Positions 47,800-60,084 of a stretch of DNA of 64,000 nt are shown here, piece by piece. The number at the start of each line of letters is the position of its first letter. Positions within the stretch are counted from its first letter, which is position 1. Where the stretch lies: positions 42,904,001 through 42,968,000 of the forward strand of contig NC_091476.1 of assembly GCF_036971445.1 (NCBI RefSeq). The letters run 5' to 3'. This DNA is from Narcine bancroftii. Lineage: Eukaryota. The notes beneath the pieces were generated by a model. It did no database searches. It saw only the letters and a program-made list of their open reading frames with translations, and was not told the DNA's origin. The position numbers and the translations under genes were made by a program.

Positions 47800-48037
47800 A
47801 GCTGCAGACACACAGGAGACAACACAGATACTGGAATCTGGGAAAACAAACAATCTGCTGGAGGAACTCAGCTGGTCGAGATGCGAGCAAAAGGACTGCC
47901 GCTGCTAAAAAACTGGAGAAGATGCTTATATGTGTTCTTCAAAGTCTCGATTAAAGGTTCTAACTCAAAATGTCCACCGTTATTTTTCTCCCACTGATCA
48001 CTGCTCGTCCTCCTGAGATCCTCCAGCAGACGATTTG
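47800..48037. mobile_element. Second palindromic element of inverted Penelope-like termini
   Basis: TCTGCTGGAGGAACTCAG (47854-47871) vs the reverse complement of CTGAGATCCTCCAGCAGA (48013-48030), 17/18. Confidence 0.6.
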
Positions 48038-48725
48038 CCATACACACTACTCGAGGAAGCAGGTAAAGCTTCCATAAGGGAAACCTGTTATTTACTTTTA
48101 CCCATTGCAGAGAAAAGTAACATGGATGAATTCTGAGTGGTATTTGTGTCCAGGCTTTCACCCACATCTCCCATTCTTGGGACGATACAGACTTTAATTG
48201 CACTCATCAGTTAAGAAAAATAATTGTCGCAATTTTATTGCTTCAATAATAGCACAACCAAGAACACAAAATAAATTCTTTGCAATTCTCTTGCAGAATA
48301 TTCTGTGCCCAGATCTATTTGATGCTTTCATCAATAAACAAATTACTAATTAGTTCTTTCTGCTCTGGGCTCATCTTATTATAGAGCCCACAGAGAGAAT
48401 AAAATCAATTTTCTGGAACTACCTCCTCCATCGCAGTGGATGATTCAGTTACTTCCTTTGAGTTCCTTCTCGGTTCTGCCTTGGACCTCTTGAGAGCATG
48501 AGCTGAATCAGTTTGAGGGCTTGTGTTATTACAGCTTCAAGTGAGCAGAGATGAATCAACAGTCAGTTCAAATCCCACCTCACATGGTTGAGAATCGCAC
48601 TCAAAGGATATGATTGGTCCTGGGTTTTCAAAGGAAACTGAAACATACAGGACGGTGAGTTATTCGTAAGGCATTAAGGGTCGATGAGGGAGAAGCCTCA
48701 GTGGTGATGTATCTGTGGATTTCTT

Positions 48726-51700
48726 CTCTTTTTTTTGAATATTTTGATTTTCATAGACTCACAAAATTCAACATTCATACACTATACAGAGTCTGTGTTT
48801 ATTTCCCCCCCCCCCCACAACTCCCCACTCCCCCCCCTCGACCCATCCTTACCCTACTGATAAAACAGTCAATTAAAGTGTACAGATAAAAATTCCAGTG
48901 GGGTCAAAAACCCCCTACAGAAGCCTTGGGAAAAACATGGGGGGGGTGGAAAACAACCGGGATGGCTAAATAACAAAGGCTAAAAGAAAATCGCATGCAC
49001 CATGCACCACTTTCTTGGTCATTTCGTTCCCTTGCTAGGACAGATTGCTATCGTAACCCTACTTAGAAGTGGGGGGAGGGGCTAATCAATCTGTGAGCTA
49101 ATAGATTGCAAGTAAGGTTGCCAGACTCTAATGAATGTGTGGTGTTTTTTCCTTAGATTGTATGTGTTTTTCTCCAGGACATGCAACTCTGCATTTCCAT
49201 ATCCCATCGTTTGGTATTTAGATGGGAGTTGGACTTCCATGTATTCACCATACACCTCCTGGCTGGTGCCAAGGCAACCTTCACGAATGGTATTTGGTAC
49301 TTGGACAGTCAAAACTTCAAGTCCCAATGTCTCACAGAAGGTACAACTCTAGATCCTCTGGAAAATTCACTTTTGTAATTTTTTTTCCGAATGTCCCCCC
49401 AGAAGGGGTCTCACCTTTGTACGCAGCCAGGTGGAGTAGACAAAAGTTCCAACCTCCACACCTCACCTAAAGCACCATTCTGAAATTTCAGGCTCTGATT
49501 TGTGTAATTTTTCTGTGATGTGAGATACAATTAGTGCAAGAAATTGTACTTCACCAACCTGTATCTGGCGTTGATGACCCACCATCAAACTGTCCAGACA
49601 CAGGTCTTGCCACCACTCTTCATTGATTGTTCTGTCCAAGCCTGACTCCCATCTCTCCCACGGCCTGTGTAAACCCGGCTTCGGGCTCTCACTTTGGAAT
49701 ATGTAATACATCTTAGAAATAAATTTAAACACATTCCCTTTTCAAATTAGAATCTCCATGTCACTACATTCAGGATGGTCCCAATTTTTCCCTCAAGAAA
49801 GATCTTATTTGCAGATAGCAGAAGAATGTTCTGTTGAATAAATCGTATTCATTTCTCAACTTCTCAAATGATACAAGCTTCCCCCTTTTGTAACAATCCT
49901 CGATTTGATTTTATTCTGGGTCAAGGGTGTTTTGAGAGACATCCCCATCTTCTTTCCAATACATTGTTTTATTCTTTTCCATGTCTCACGTTTTAGGATG
50001 GGCTATCCATTTTCTTTGAATCATTTCACATCCCACTTATTTATGAATTCTTCAGCTATCTCTTTCCCTACAAAGTGTAGTCCAATCTGCACCCATGAGG
50101 TGTGGGAGGGGCCCTCGCTCAAAGAGTGAGGCAATAAACCTTGCTTGGGCTGCCCAGTAATATTTTTTTTGATATTGGGTAATTTTACTTCCCCCCCCCC
50201 CCCAAGCTATCTTTTCTATGGAGATTCTAGCCACTTTTCTATTCTACAGGAACCTCCTGACACACTCGTTAAGCACTTTTAAAATAATCCTGAGGCAGTG
50301 AAATGGGCAATGGTTGGAAAAGATATTAGAGCCTTGGCATCCCCTTCAATCTGACACAATTGACTCTGTTATGGGCAGAGTCCTCTATCCAACCAGGTCC
50401 TCCTCAATCTTTCAGAGCAAAGAGAGATAATTAAGTTTGTATAAATTATATAAATTTTTATCTATGTTAATTCCCAGATATTGAATCTTGAAGTCATTTG
50501 AATTGACTTCCTTGTGTGTACTGCCCATAATCTCCATACATCAGACATTATCTCACTTTTATCCAAATTTACCTTATATCCTGAAAAACTTCCATAATCC
50601 TCCAGTGTGGTCCTTAGTCTGGCCAATGACCCCAGGGGTCAGTCAAATATAATAACACATCATCAGCCAAAAGATTGATTTTATGTTCCACCTTGTCCAC
50701 CTTAAACCCCTTTATGTCTGGATTTGCTGAATGGCTTCCACCAGCAGCTCAATGGCTTATATAAAAATAGTAGAAACATCTACCCATTTGCTTGGGGATT
50801 GTGCTAAAGTGCCTTCAACCAATTAATAAATGTTTGTCCCAATCCAAATTTCTTGAGTACCTTGAACAAAGTCCCAATCCAATCTGTCGAAGGCCTTCTC
50901 CATATCCAAATCTTTGACTACTCCCAGGTGCACCCTCGATTCTGCCAGGTGTACCAGACTTGCCAATCAAGCTATGTTGTTTGCCAATTGCCACTTTTTT
51001 ATAAAACCCACTTAATTGGGTTCATTAATCTTGGCAAATATGTTGCCTACCTGTTGGCCAATGTTTTTGCATTAATTTGATAGTCTGTATTCAATAACGA
51101 AATAGGCCTAAATGAGGCGGGCTTCAATGGTCTTTGTCTTTTTTGGAATCACCTTGATAATTGCTGTTGAGAAAGACTCAATGTGTCTCCGCAATCTGAT
51201 CCACCACCTTCATAAGAAAGGGTATTAGAGATCTTTGAATTCTTTATAAAATTTGATGAAGAAACCATCCTTCCCCGGTGACTTGCTGGCCTTGCTGGCC
51301 CTATCTTATTTTTAGTGAAAGAGGCATTCTGCCCCTCTTGTTTCTCCTGTCCAAAATCTGGTAGTTCCATGGGGAGCAAGAAATTATCTATTTTGGTAGG
51401 ATCTCCCCCTGGTTCAGATTCATATAATTCTTTGAAAAACCTTCTAAATGCTTCAATTCTTTCCTTTGGTTTATATGAGATCTTGACTTCTCCCATTTGG
51501 ATCAGATGGCCTCCTCTGCCAGGACAAGACTTTGTGGGCCCTGCCCCACAGCTCATAACACTGCTGTCTAAATCTTAAAATCAACCTTTCTGTCTTATAG
51601 ATTATGTAGCATACTATACTTTTTAATCCTGTATTTATCTTCTGTGCCTGATCTTTGATATTCCTTTTCCAAATGAGCTATTTCCTGTTCTAAATCATTA

Positions 51701-52855
51701 ATCTTCTTCATGTGCTTCCTTTCAATACTCATAGAGTATCCAATTATCTCAATGTGTCCCATATTAGGAAGATATCCTCAGTAGAGGAGCAGTTCATCTC
51801 ACAGAACAAATTAATCTGATCTTGACCAGGACAGAGTGGGGCCTTTGACCTGGGGGTTAGGTGGGGGATTAGAGATGTGTGGATTCTCTCTATATCCAAA
51901 TTGTCAATTTTGTCCCTTCCCAGCACCACTGGTATCCACTTTTGAAGAAACCCACTGGATCTCTTCCCTCAACACCCTCAACTTTTATATTATCCCTCCT
52001 ACTCTGGTTCTCCAAAGCATCCATCTTCTGCCACATTTTATCCTTCTCCCTCTCCCATGCATCCCATTCACTCTCCCTCCTTTCCAATCTCTCCTCCATG
52101 CTTTCTATTCTATCCTCTACCATGGCAACCCTTGTGGTTAATTTATGCAACCATTAATTCTTTGGTGGAGGCACCCGGCCCCTTTATATCTTTCCCCCTC
52201 CCTCTTTCTGTCCCCACAGTCTTACTTTTCTGTTTCTTCTCCTTCTCTTTTTCCTCTTCCATATCCTCCTCCTCCGACTTTGCCTGGCTAGAATTGCTCA
52301 CATCCTCCAACCAGTCCTCTCTCCACAGACCCTGATGCCTGCCAGGCCTGATGCTTCTGTCTATCAACGCCACTTCACTATTGCTCTCCACCCAGCCTTC
52401 TCTCAGAAAGCATTCTTTATTTACTTGATGACCTCAACTGCCGTCACCACTCCTCCCATGTCAGCGCTCCCCCTTTTCCGATTGCGGGCCTCTCCTGCTA
52501 TCTTCCTTGCATCCACCAGTGCTCCAAATCTCCCCCGCGATCCTGCCACCTCAGGGCCATCCAAGCTCAACCTCCTCAGGGACCACAGCTCACTCGGGTG
52601 GGGGGGTGGTTGGGGGAATTGTGTGGCTCCATCAGTGCTGCTGCCTCTGTCTACCCAGAAGGCCCATCCTTCTCACAATATAGCTTCTTCTCTCGCTGAT
52701 TTTGTTTCCTTCCCATCTTTTGGTCCTCTCTATTTTCTCTTTAACCCCTGGTCTATATTTTGCGGATTTCTGCAGGAGATTTTATCAACTTTTACTATCT
52801 TTCCTAAATCTCACTACGGGGAGCTCTCCTAATCCGCTACTGCTCTACGACCATT
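48726..52855 (-). mobile_element. L1-clade LINE, subfamily 3, old, with internal deletions (about 4.1 kb)
   Basis: T-run tail from about 48729; ORF2 remnants (LLADDV, KYYWAAQARF); ORF1 remnant MDALENQSRRDNIKV; degenerate TSD TATCTGTGGATTTCTT (48710-48725) / TATCTGCACATTTCTT (52856-52871). Confidence 0.88.
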
Positions 52856-52887
52856 TATCTGCACATTTCTTGACCTTGGAAGGTGTT

Positions 52888-53415
52888 GGAGTCATAAACA
52901 CAGGAGCAAGAATTGGCCATCAGACTCAGCACAGCTGACAGTCAATAAGATCATTGGTGATCTGGCTATGAACTCACTGCATTTACCTACCTGTCCCCAT
53001 TACCTTTAATTCCCCTACTCTGCAAAAATCTATCTAATTGCATCTTAAATACATTTAATGAGCTAGCCTCAAGAGCAAGACAAAAACTGTACAAAAGAGT
53101 GCAATACGACTTCCAGTCATCTCTCTTCTACAGCCTCTTAATCTCATTGTTTCTTAACCCCGAATGCCTGCTTCTACCTCCTACCACTTCAAAATGATCC
53201 AGTTTCTACCGATTCCCTAAGCAAAGAATTTCCCAGATTCATGACTCTGAGAAAAAGCAGATCCTCCTGATCTCGGTCTTAAAATCCACTCCTCTAATTC
53301 TTCATGCAATGCCCCTTAATTTGAGTCCTGCCTGCCAGTGGAAATAATTTTCCTGCTTCTATCTTATTTTTAGCTTTTATAATTTTATATTTTTAAATCA
53401 GACCTCTTCTCAGTT
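52888..53415 (-). mobile_element. CR1-clade LINE 3' fragment, interrupted
   Basis: Antisense CR1 3' UTR (CATAAACACAGGAGCAAGAATTGGCCAT) and a degraded ORF2 C-terminus. Confidence 0.6.
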
Positions 53416-53444
53416 AAGAAGAATGTGCATAGATGTCTAGACTC

Positions 53445-53985
53445 AAGTCACGAAGGGCTATGGGGAGAGGGTCACAAATCATGAAGGGTATGAGAGAGAG
53501 AACACATCATCAAGGATTTATAGGAGAGAATGGACACATCATGGAGGAGTATGGAGAGAGTGAAGGGGTATGGAGAGAGTGATGGTGTATGGAGAGAGTG
53601 AAGGGGTATGGGGAGAGTGGACACATCAAGAATGGATAAGGGGAGAGAAAATCCATGATCAAGGGTTATAGGAGAGAATGGACACATCATGGAGCAGTAT
53701 GGAGAGAGTGAAGGGGTATGGAGGGAGTGATGGAGTATGGAGAGAGTGAAGGGGTATGGAGAGAGTGAAGGGGTATGGAGAGAGTGAAGGGGTATGGAGA
53801 GAGTGAAGGGGTATGGAGAGAGTGAAGGGGTATGGGGAGAGTGGACACATCAAGAATGGATATGGGGAGAGAGAATCCATTATCAAGGGTTATAGGAGAG
53901 AATGGACACATCATGGAGCAGTATGGAGAGAGTGAATGGGTATGGGGAGAGTGGACACGTCAGGATGGGATATGGGGAAGAGTGT
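53445..53985 (+). repeat. Hierarchical minisatellite: 19-bp core GGAGAGAGTGAAGGGGTAT inside three higher-order units
   Basis: Tandem 19-mers at about 53739-53833; higher-order units starting CAAGG(G/A)TT(T)ATAGGAGAGAATGGACACATC at about 53511, 53660 and 53884. Confidence 0.9.
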
Positions 53986-54749
53986 ATTAGCATGCGATTG
54001 AGATAAAGGATTAGCCTGACTGCATTGAATGGAGGAGCTAGGTTGAAATGTCTGTTCCTGTCCTTGTTAATTCCTCTGAAGTATTTACCCCCTGGGTGGA
54101 CCATCTGGAAGGCTGGCTGACAGCTTTCAAAAAGCAGCAGGGCAAAATGAAAGAGACCCGCGGTTCCAAACCACTTTTCACCTTCCACTTCACATGCGCC
54201 AAAACACTTAGCAGTAAGCAAGGTTCTTCAGAATTGTTGCCACCACAAGCCAGTGGGAAAACAATTGTCAGTTACTACTCATCCTGCTCCGACAAGAAGT
54301 TAAGTAGCAATGACCTGGAAATAATTTCAATTATACCATGAGAAGTAAATATTGGCCCAGAATCCTGGTAATGATTTTCTTGATCTGTCATGAAGTCACA
54401 GAGTTCTGCAGCAGGACAACATGTCCATGCTGAGCAGGCTAGCACCATGTGCCAGCATTTGCCCCATATCCTACTAACATACCCCATTAAACTACTAATC
54501 CTCTACATCTTTGGAATTTGGGAGAAAATCTACACAGACACAGGGAGAGGGTGAAACCCCCTTTTAGGCAGCAATAGATTTGAACCCAAGTTGCTGCACT
54601 AACTGTGTCATCAACTTGAATAGTTTAATTGATTGGTGGGTCTGGTCGGCAAAATGATTGGCTTCTGTGCTGTCTGACCTCATCACCATGTCCTCTCATT
54701 CAAGCTGCTCCCACTTGCGGGACGATCACAACATCTGTCAGCTGACACG

Positions 54750-55270
54750 AGGGACTGCAGATGCTGCAAACTGGACCAAAAAATCTAACTGCTGGAGAAA
54801 CACAATGGGTCGACCAGCATCAGTGGGAGAGAAAGAATGCAGAAATGAGATAACCAGGGTAATGGGGTCAGAGATGGGAGGGGTTAGACAGGGGCCAGTA
54901 GGGGATTAATGAACCACAGACAGATGGGCAGGCGGTGGCAGTTGATTGACAGCTGCCAAACAAAGGGAGAGAGAGGCAAGAAACAAAATGTCTGCAATAG
55001 AATAAAAGAAGGGAATGGTGGTGGAAACATTAAATGTCTCGGCAGCAGCCGGGAATTAAAATATCCAGAGTGGACAGAAGTGTCCAAGAGGAGGAAGAAG
55101 CCTTCAGAAGGTGCCCTCAGTGGGGAGTGGAGAATCCCAGTGGAAGACGTTGGCACTGAGACATAATGACAGAAGAGTATGACATTGCGGTGTGTGTGAA
55201 ACTCATTGTGGGTGAAGGAAAATGAAGCTGAGGCCTCTTCTGAGGACAGAGCGATCCATCTGTGAGTGGA
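54750..55270 (-). mobile_element. Penelope-like 3' remnant, highly degenerate
   Basis: CTGCAGATGCTG...CTGCTGGAG...CAGCATCAGTGGGAG terminus followed by sequence collinear with 1410-1925. Confidence 0.5.
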
Positions 55271-55800
55271 TAGTAAAGACCCAGCAGGGGTTAGAGTGGA
55301 GGTCAGTGGGGTTGCAGTAGATGGTGAGGATGGGTGGAGGTAAAAAGTTGAAGGTGTGAGAGGGAGGATGAATGGTAGAGTGGGTGAGAGAGGGGTACAA
55401 GGGAAATGAGAGTGGGGGTAGGAAGAGGGGGTTTTGGGGGAAGGGTAGATGGAATTAGCAAATGGGGAGGGCTGAGGAGAGGAGTTGGGAAAGAGTAGAG
55501 GATTTCTTGGGCACGGGGAGGGTTGAGGGAAAGAGGTTGTGGAAGGGCAGAGGGGGTTAGGGAGGGTAGGTGTCAGAATGTTGAAGAGAGATGAGGGGAT
55601 CAGAAGAGGGTTGGAGTGGGCTGTGAAGTCAGGCCATAGGTCAGAGGGATGAAGGGAGATGAGGGCTGGGATGAGTTCCCAAGAATACAAAATATGAGAG
55701 TTGGGGAGAAGAGGCAGTGGATCTCGGAGTGGCATCTAAGGGTCCAGTTGGTAGTATGGCAGAGAGGATAGAGTTGGAGATGACTGGAGGGGTGTGCTGA
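55270..55800. repeat. Purine/G-rich low-complexity tract
   Basis: Strong G/A bias on the + strand; source of the Pro/Ser-rich 283-aa antisense ORF. Confidence 0.7.
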
Positions 55801-55844
55801 GCAGAGACAAATGAAGTCAATGCTAGAATCTGATTGGTCATTTT

Positions 55845-56075
55845 TAAATTTACACATATAGCACAATAACAAGACCTTCTTCCAGCCAACGTGTCTGTAA
55901 TGCACAAATATCCCAGTTAACCCAAATCCCTGAATGTTTTTGAAGGGTGGAGAAAACTAGAGCGCCCAGAAGAAACCAGCACAGTCATTAGGAAGAAGTA
56001 AAAACTCTTTACAGTTAGCATTAGATTCAAACCTGGGTTATTGGCACTGTATTATTGTTACACTAACCACGCCTC
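55845..56075 (-). mobile_element. V-SINE (HE1-like), degraded
   Basis: Same order of tail, V-domain and head as other copies. Confidence 0.65.
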
Positions 56076-56459
56076 CCAAAATGGTGATCCAATGGAAGCT
56101 GTTAGGGAGATGTGAAGGACTGATTGAAACAGATGGAACCAAAGTTGGGAAGGGAGAGATTAATGACATGGGTAAAAGAGGTTGGAACTACAGGCAGAGG
56201 GGAATGAGAATGTGTATGGAGTCTTCCCTTGGAAATTATATGATCACCCATTATTCTCTTAATCTCCAAAGATGACAGATACAAGTCAGGAAGACTGATG
56301 TAACTTGTAAATTGTGACGACAAGAGTGCAAGTGTGTCTCAAGTGACAGGAAGTCTCCAGTCCCCATGACGACCATTTCTGTATCTTTGCTGTCCTGTCC
56401 TTTCCTGCTCATGGTGGGACAGAGGGAGTCAATCCCAATTCAATACAAACAGAAATGTC

Positions 56460-56735
56460 AATGGAAGTGCAGTGGTAATCACGGGGGCTAGATGACTGAT
56501 CCTGACACATGTTCAAATCTCAGAAGGGCATCTGGAGAATTTAAATTGCTAATTATGCAGAATTAAATCTAGCCTTATTAATGCTGTCTACAAAATGACT
56601 GGATGGCTGAAAGATCCATCTGGTTCACTGTTGTCCTTCAGGGGAGTAAATAAGCTGTCCTTGCCTCATCAGGTTTGGTCTTCACATGACTCAGGTACAC
56701 GGCAACATGGTCAATGTGAACTTGCCCCTCAATAG
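56460..56735 (+). mobile_element. Old tRNA-derived SINE with a conserved central domain (Meta/SlmI-like)
   Basis: A-box-like AGTGGTAA, B-box-like GTTCAAATC, then CCATCTGGTTCACTGTTGTCCTTCAGGGGAG...GTCCTTGCC; family assignment is from memory. Confidence 0.5.
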
Positions 56736-57136
56736 AGGCAGAAAGCTATATTTCTCAAGAACATTGTTCACCAGCTCTTTCTCAAGGACATTTAGAATTT
56801 GGCACAGACCCTTAAGTATGATGTCAAAACTATCAATGCTTTCATTAGCGTACACATTTTACAGACATTACTCTCCCATTAGCACTATTGTGGGAAATAT
56901 AAATCAGCCCCAGTGACATTAGTTTGGAGGCAGCAGGGAGTAGGAATAGATCCCTTGTCACTTGTTCTGAATGCAAGTAAAAAATGTATGTGGCTTGCAA
57001 GTTAATAAAATATTTGGGGAGCATGGGCTTATGGGCCCATGCTGTATGTATAAATTTAAAATGCATCTGTATCTACAAGAGGTTGTCTAATGAAATCAAT
57101 GAAATCAATGGATCTGAAGTTCAATGATGAAGCACA

Positions 57137-57375
57137 AGGCACATGATTAGTATACCGGTTAATGTAATGTTATTACAGCACCAGTGATCTGAGTTTGAAC
57201 CTACTGTTGTCTGTAAGGAGTTTGTACATTCTCCCTATTTCTACAAGGTGCTCCAATTTCCTCTTACATTGCAAGAATTTGCAGGGCTAAAAGGTTAATT
57301 GGTCACAGGGTGCATTTGTGGGCACCATAGGTTCATGGGTAGGAAGAGCCCCGTTACTGTGCTGTGTCTCTAAAA
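57137..57375 (+). mobile_element. V-SINE (HE1-like)
   Basis: GTCTGTAAGGAGTTTGTACATTCTCCC...GTTACTGTGCTGT. Confidence 0.75.
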
Positions 57376-58522
57376 TTATAAAAAAGTAAAATTAAACACA
57401 GGAGAATAAGGATGAAGTTGGATCTTTGTGAATCCCAATTCCAGAGGATAATTCAAACTTGGTCAAATAACCTGGAAAAAAAATTAACCGTTGTTTTATT
57501 TTCAGTCACATTTCTACAGTCTTTCATGAGAGCTTGTCAAACACAGAAGTATAATGTAGGAGGCACATTGAAATTCTTTTAGTTTGTTAAAGCTACACGT
57601 ACGTAAAATATACAAACAAAACACAAATTTAAATTGACACTCACGAGAAAAGATAATAAATATAAAAGGATTGATAAATATTCACCGTTGCACTTAGCAT
57701 AAAAATGTGATGTTACAACAGTACAGGCAAACCTTTTGGTGTCCCTGGAGTAGTGTTATGGCTAGAGTAGAATGGAGTGCCTGATAGCTTTTGGAGGAAA
57801 AGCTCTTCTTGAACTTAGAAATATCGGACCTCAGACTTCTGTACCTTCTGGCTGAAGGGAAGAGTATGAAGAGGTTGACACCATGGGGTCCCTTAAGATG
57901 TTGGCTGCCTTCTTAAGGCAGCGCCTCATGTAGATGGCTTCAGTGGACGGGAGGACAATGTTCATTGTGGATCTCGCTAGATTTGCCACTCAGAATCCTG
58001 TTATATTCTTGGGAACTGGGAACAATTTCCAAAAGCAGACTGTGATGCTGTCTTTAAGTGTACAATGAAATTTGCTAATTCAAGGTTAATGTCTAGGAAA
58101 TTTTCTAATTTTTGGGCAGATGTTTTCAGTGCTGGTGTACTTAGATCTAATAAATATTTCTCCATTACAATAATGCATTTCTGAAACATAAATGAATAAT
58201 GAAGTTATGCTTTAAATTGGAGGAACTTGCACAGAAATAGTATAACAGCTGGGAATTAGAAGAGCAGATGGCTGATCTGACTGAAGCCATGGTTCAACAT
58301 TCCTGTCTGCCCACAGAATCCTTTTAACTTTCCTTATCACGAACTTATAGACCTCTGCTTCAAAAAAATTAAAGACTGCTTTCACTGCCCTTCAAGTTAG
58401 AGAGTTCCAAAGATTTGTTGAAATGGGAGGTTCTCATTTCTAATCAGTGGCCCTGCAACAAGAGAAAAGATTCCTGCCCCATTTGAGAACCAAGAGTACA
58501 CACAACACAGTTGGAAAGCATT

Positions 58523-58872
58523 ACCCTTTCTTGCACTGTCCCTGGAATTAACTGGGAATTTACTTGGACGTGGTCCGGTGAAAAAGACTGTCCGAACGTC
58601 GCCATCAAATGATGTCATTTCGCACCGGGGATTAACTACCTCTACCCTTACTCATATCCCTGGCGTTTGCTGTTACAGGCGTGCTGATAAAACCAGTGGA
58701 AAGGGGACAGGAGAAAGTCACCCATTTCCAATTGAAGATAGAATGCTCTGATCCCCAGGGAGGAGTACGTTCAGTGGAAAAGCAATTTGTATCCCAGTGG
58801 AAAAGGCACAAAGGGTTTCCTATCCCTGGACAATGCACAGTCAATTAACTGGGATGCCAGTGGAAAAGAGGT
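58523..58872. mobile_element. Harbinger/PIF-like non-autonomous element
   Basis: Imperfect TIR ACCCTTTCTTGCACTG / CAGTGGAAAAGAGGT; four internal CAGTGGAAA copies. Confidence 0.55.
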
Positions 58873-60084
58873 GACTGAAAGATAGCCAAGTCATACCTTT
58901 TACCACTGCTCGATACCATAGTTGTCAAAGCTTAATGGTCTGGAGCACAGGTCTCTTCTATGGACAGAATCTTCAGGCAACAACATTGTGCAGATAATAA
59001 AGGTACCCAAGCTTGGTGTCTTGATCATGAGTTAATTGTTTACACACAAGTACAATATATTCATGCCCAAAATTCTTACTTTGTTTAAAAATAAACTCCA
59101 ATAATATACATTATTCAGACATTCCCACCCTCCTACCTGACCCCACCGAGGTCTCTGCTCAAAGTCAAGTTTGGGTTTCTTCTGTATTTCTCTCCTATTA
59201 CATAAAAAAAATCTTTTAAAAATTTATATTACAGTGGAAACTCACTTTATTCAGAATTTATGGACCTCCATTATGATGGGGTTTCACTGAATGTGAGGTG
59301 AAAAGAAAACAAGGCTTTTACTTCAATGTGCTCTTCCTTCCTGGGATGGAGGGGCTGTAGGCCCCCCCCCCATAGAGAATGGCTGCATTAGGTCACTATA
59401 GAGAAAGATAATAAATATCAATGATGGATAATAAATAATCAATTACAATTGTGCAAGAAGAAAATGTCATTTCATTATGACTGGTTGAATAGGAGGTTCA
59501 AAAGATTTTGCATGTGGCTGTGCAAACCGACTAGGCAAAGCACTGGGAATCTATTTTCAAACTGGTGAAGACTGAAATACTGGGGTGTGTGTGTATACAC
59601 TGCAAGCGTAATACAGAATTGAGAACATCTGTGCTCTGGTTTGATTATATGCATTTCAGGATTGGTATGTATTACTGGGTTTCAGCAGGAATTCAGAGTC
59701 TCTATTTTCCATTAATCACAAGAAGCCAGATGAGCAAATATCACAGACAGCGAGAGTGAGGATCCTTATTATGGAAACATCAGATGAATTGTCCCTCATC
59801 ATTATTTAATGAGTAAACAAGAGTTTATTATCATTTGCATATGTACAATGTTCAGATGCACGGAGATTCCGACTTGCTACAGTTGATACACCAACTGAAA
59901 TAGAACAATATGCTAAAATGGAAAAAAAAGTGATAAACATGAGGATTTATGGACAGAATTCAATTCCTCTATTGTTGTAATAGTACAGAACATGTAATAT
60001 TACACTAAATTGTCTTCTGTCTGCCGTAAGGCAGATGAAGACCGCAGCCAATATATTATCTTCTGTAATTATTGCCACCTACAA

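Noticed and set aside
48353-48400. Hairpin TGGGCTC/GAGCCCA as a possible pre-miRNA
   Set aside because: Stem of about 16 bp with a bulge, too short for a canonical precursor.
53445-53985. Regularly spaced repeats as a CRISPR array or a repetitive protein gene
   Set aside because: No unique spacers, no cas genes, eukaryotic context; the 19-aa periodicity in all frames simply reflects a 19-bp unit.
54884-55735. 283-aa ORF on the minus strand
   Set aside because: Pro/Ser/Leu-biased product of a purine-rich tract running into a Penelope remnant; no domain recognisable.
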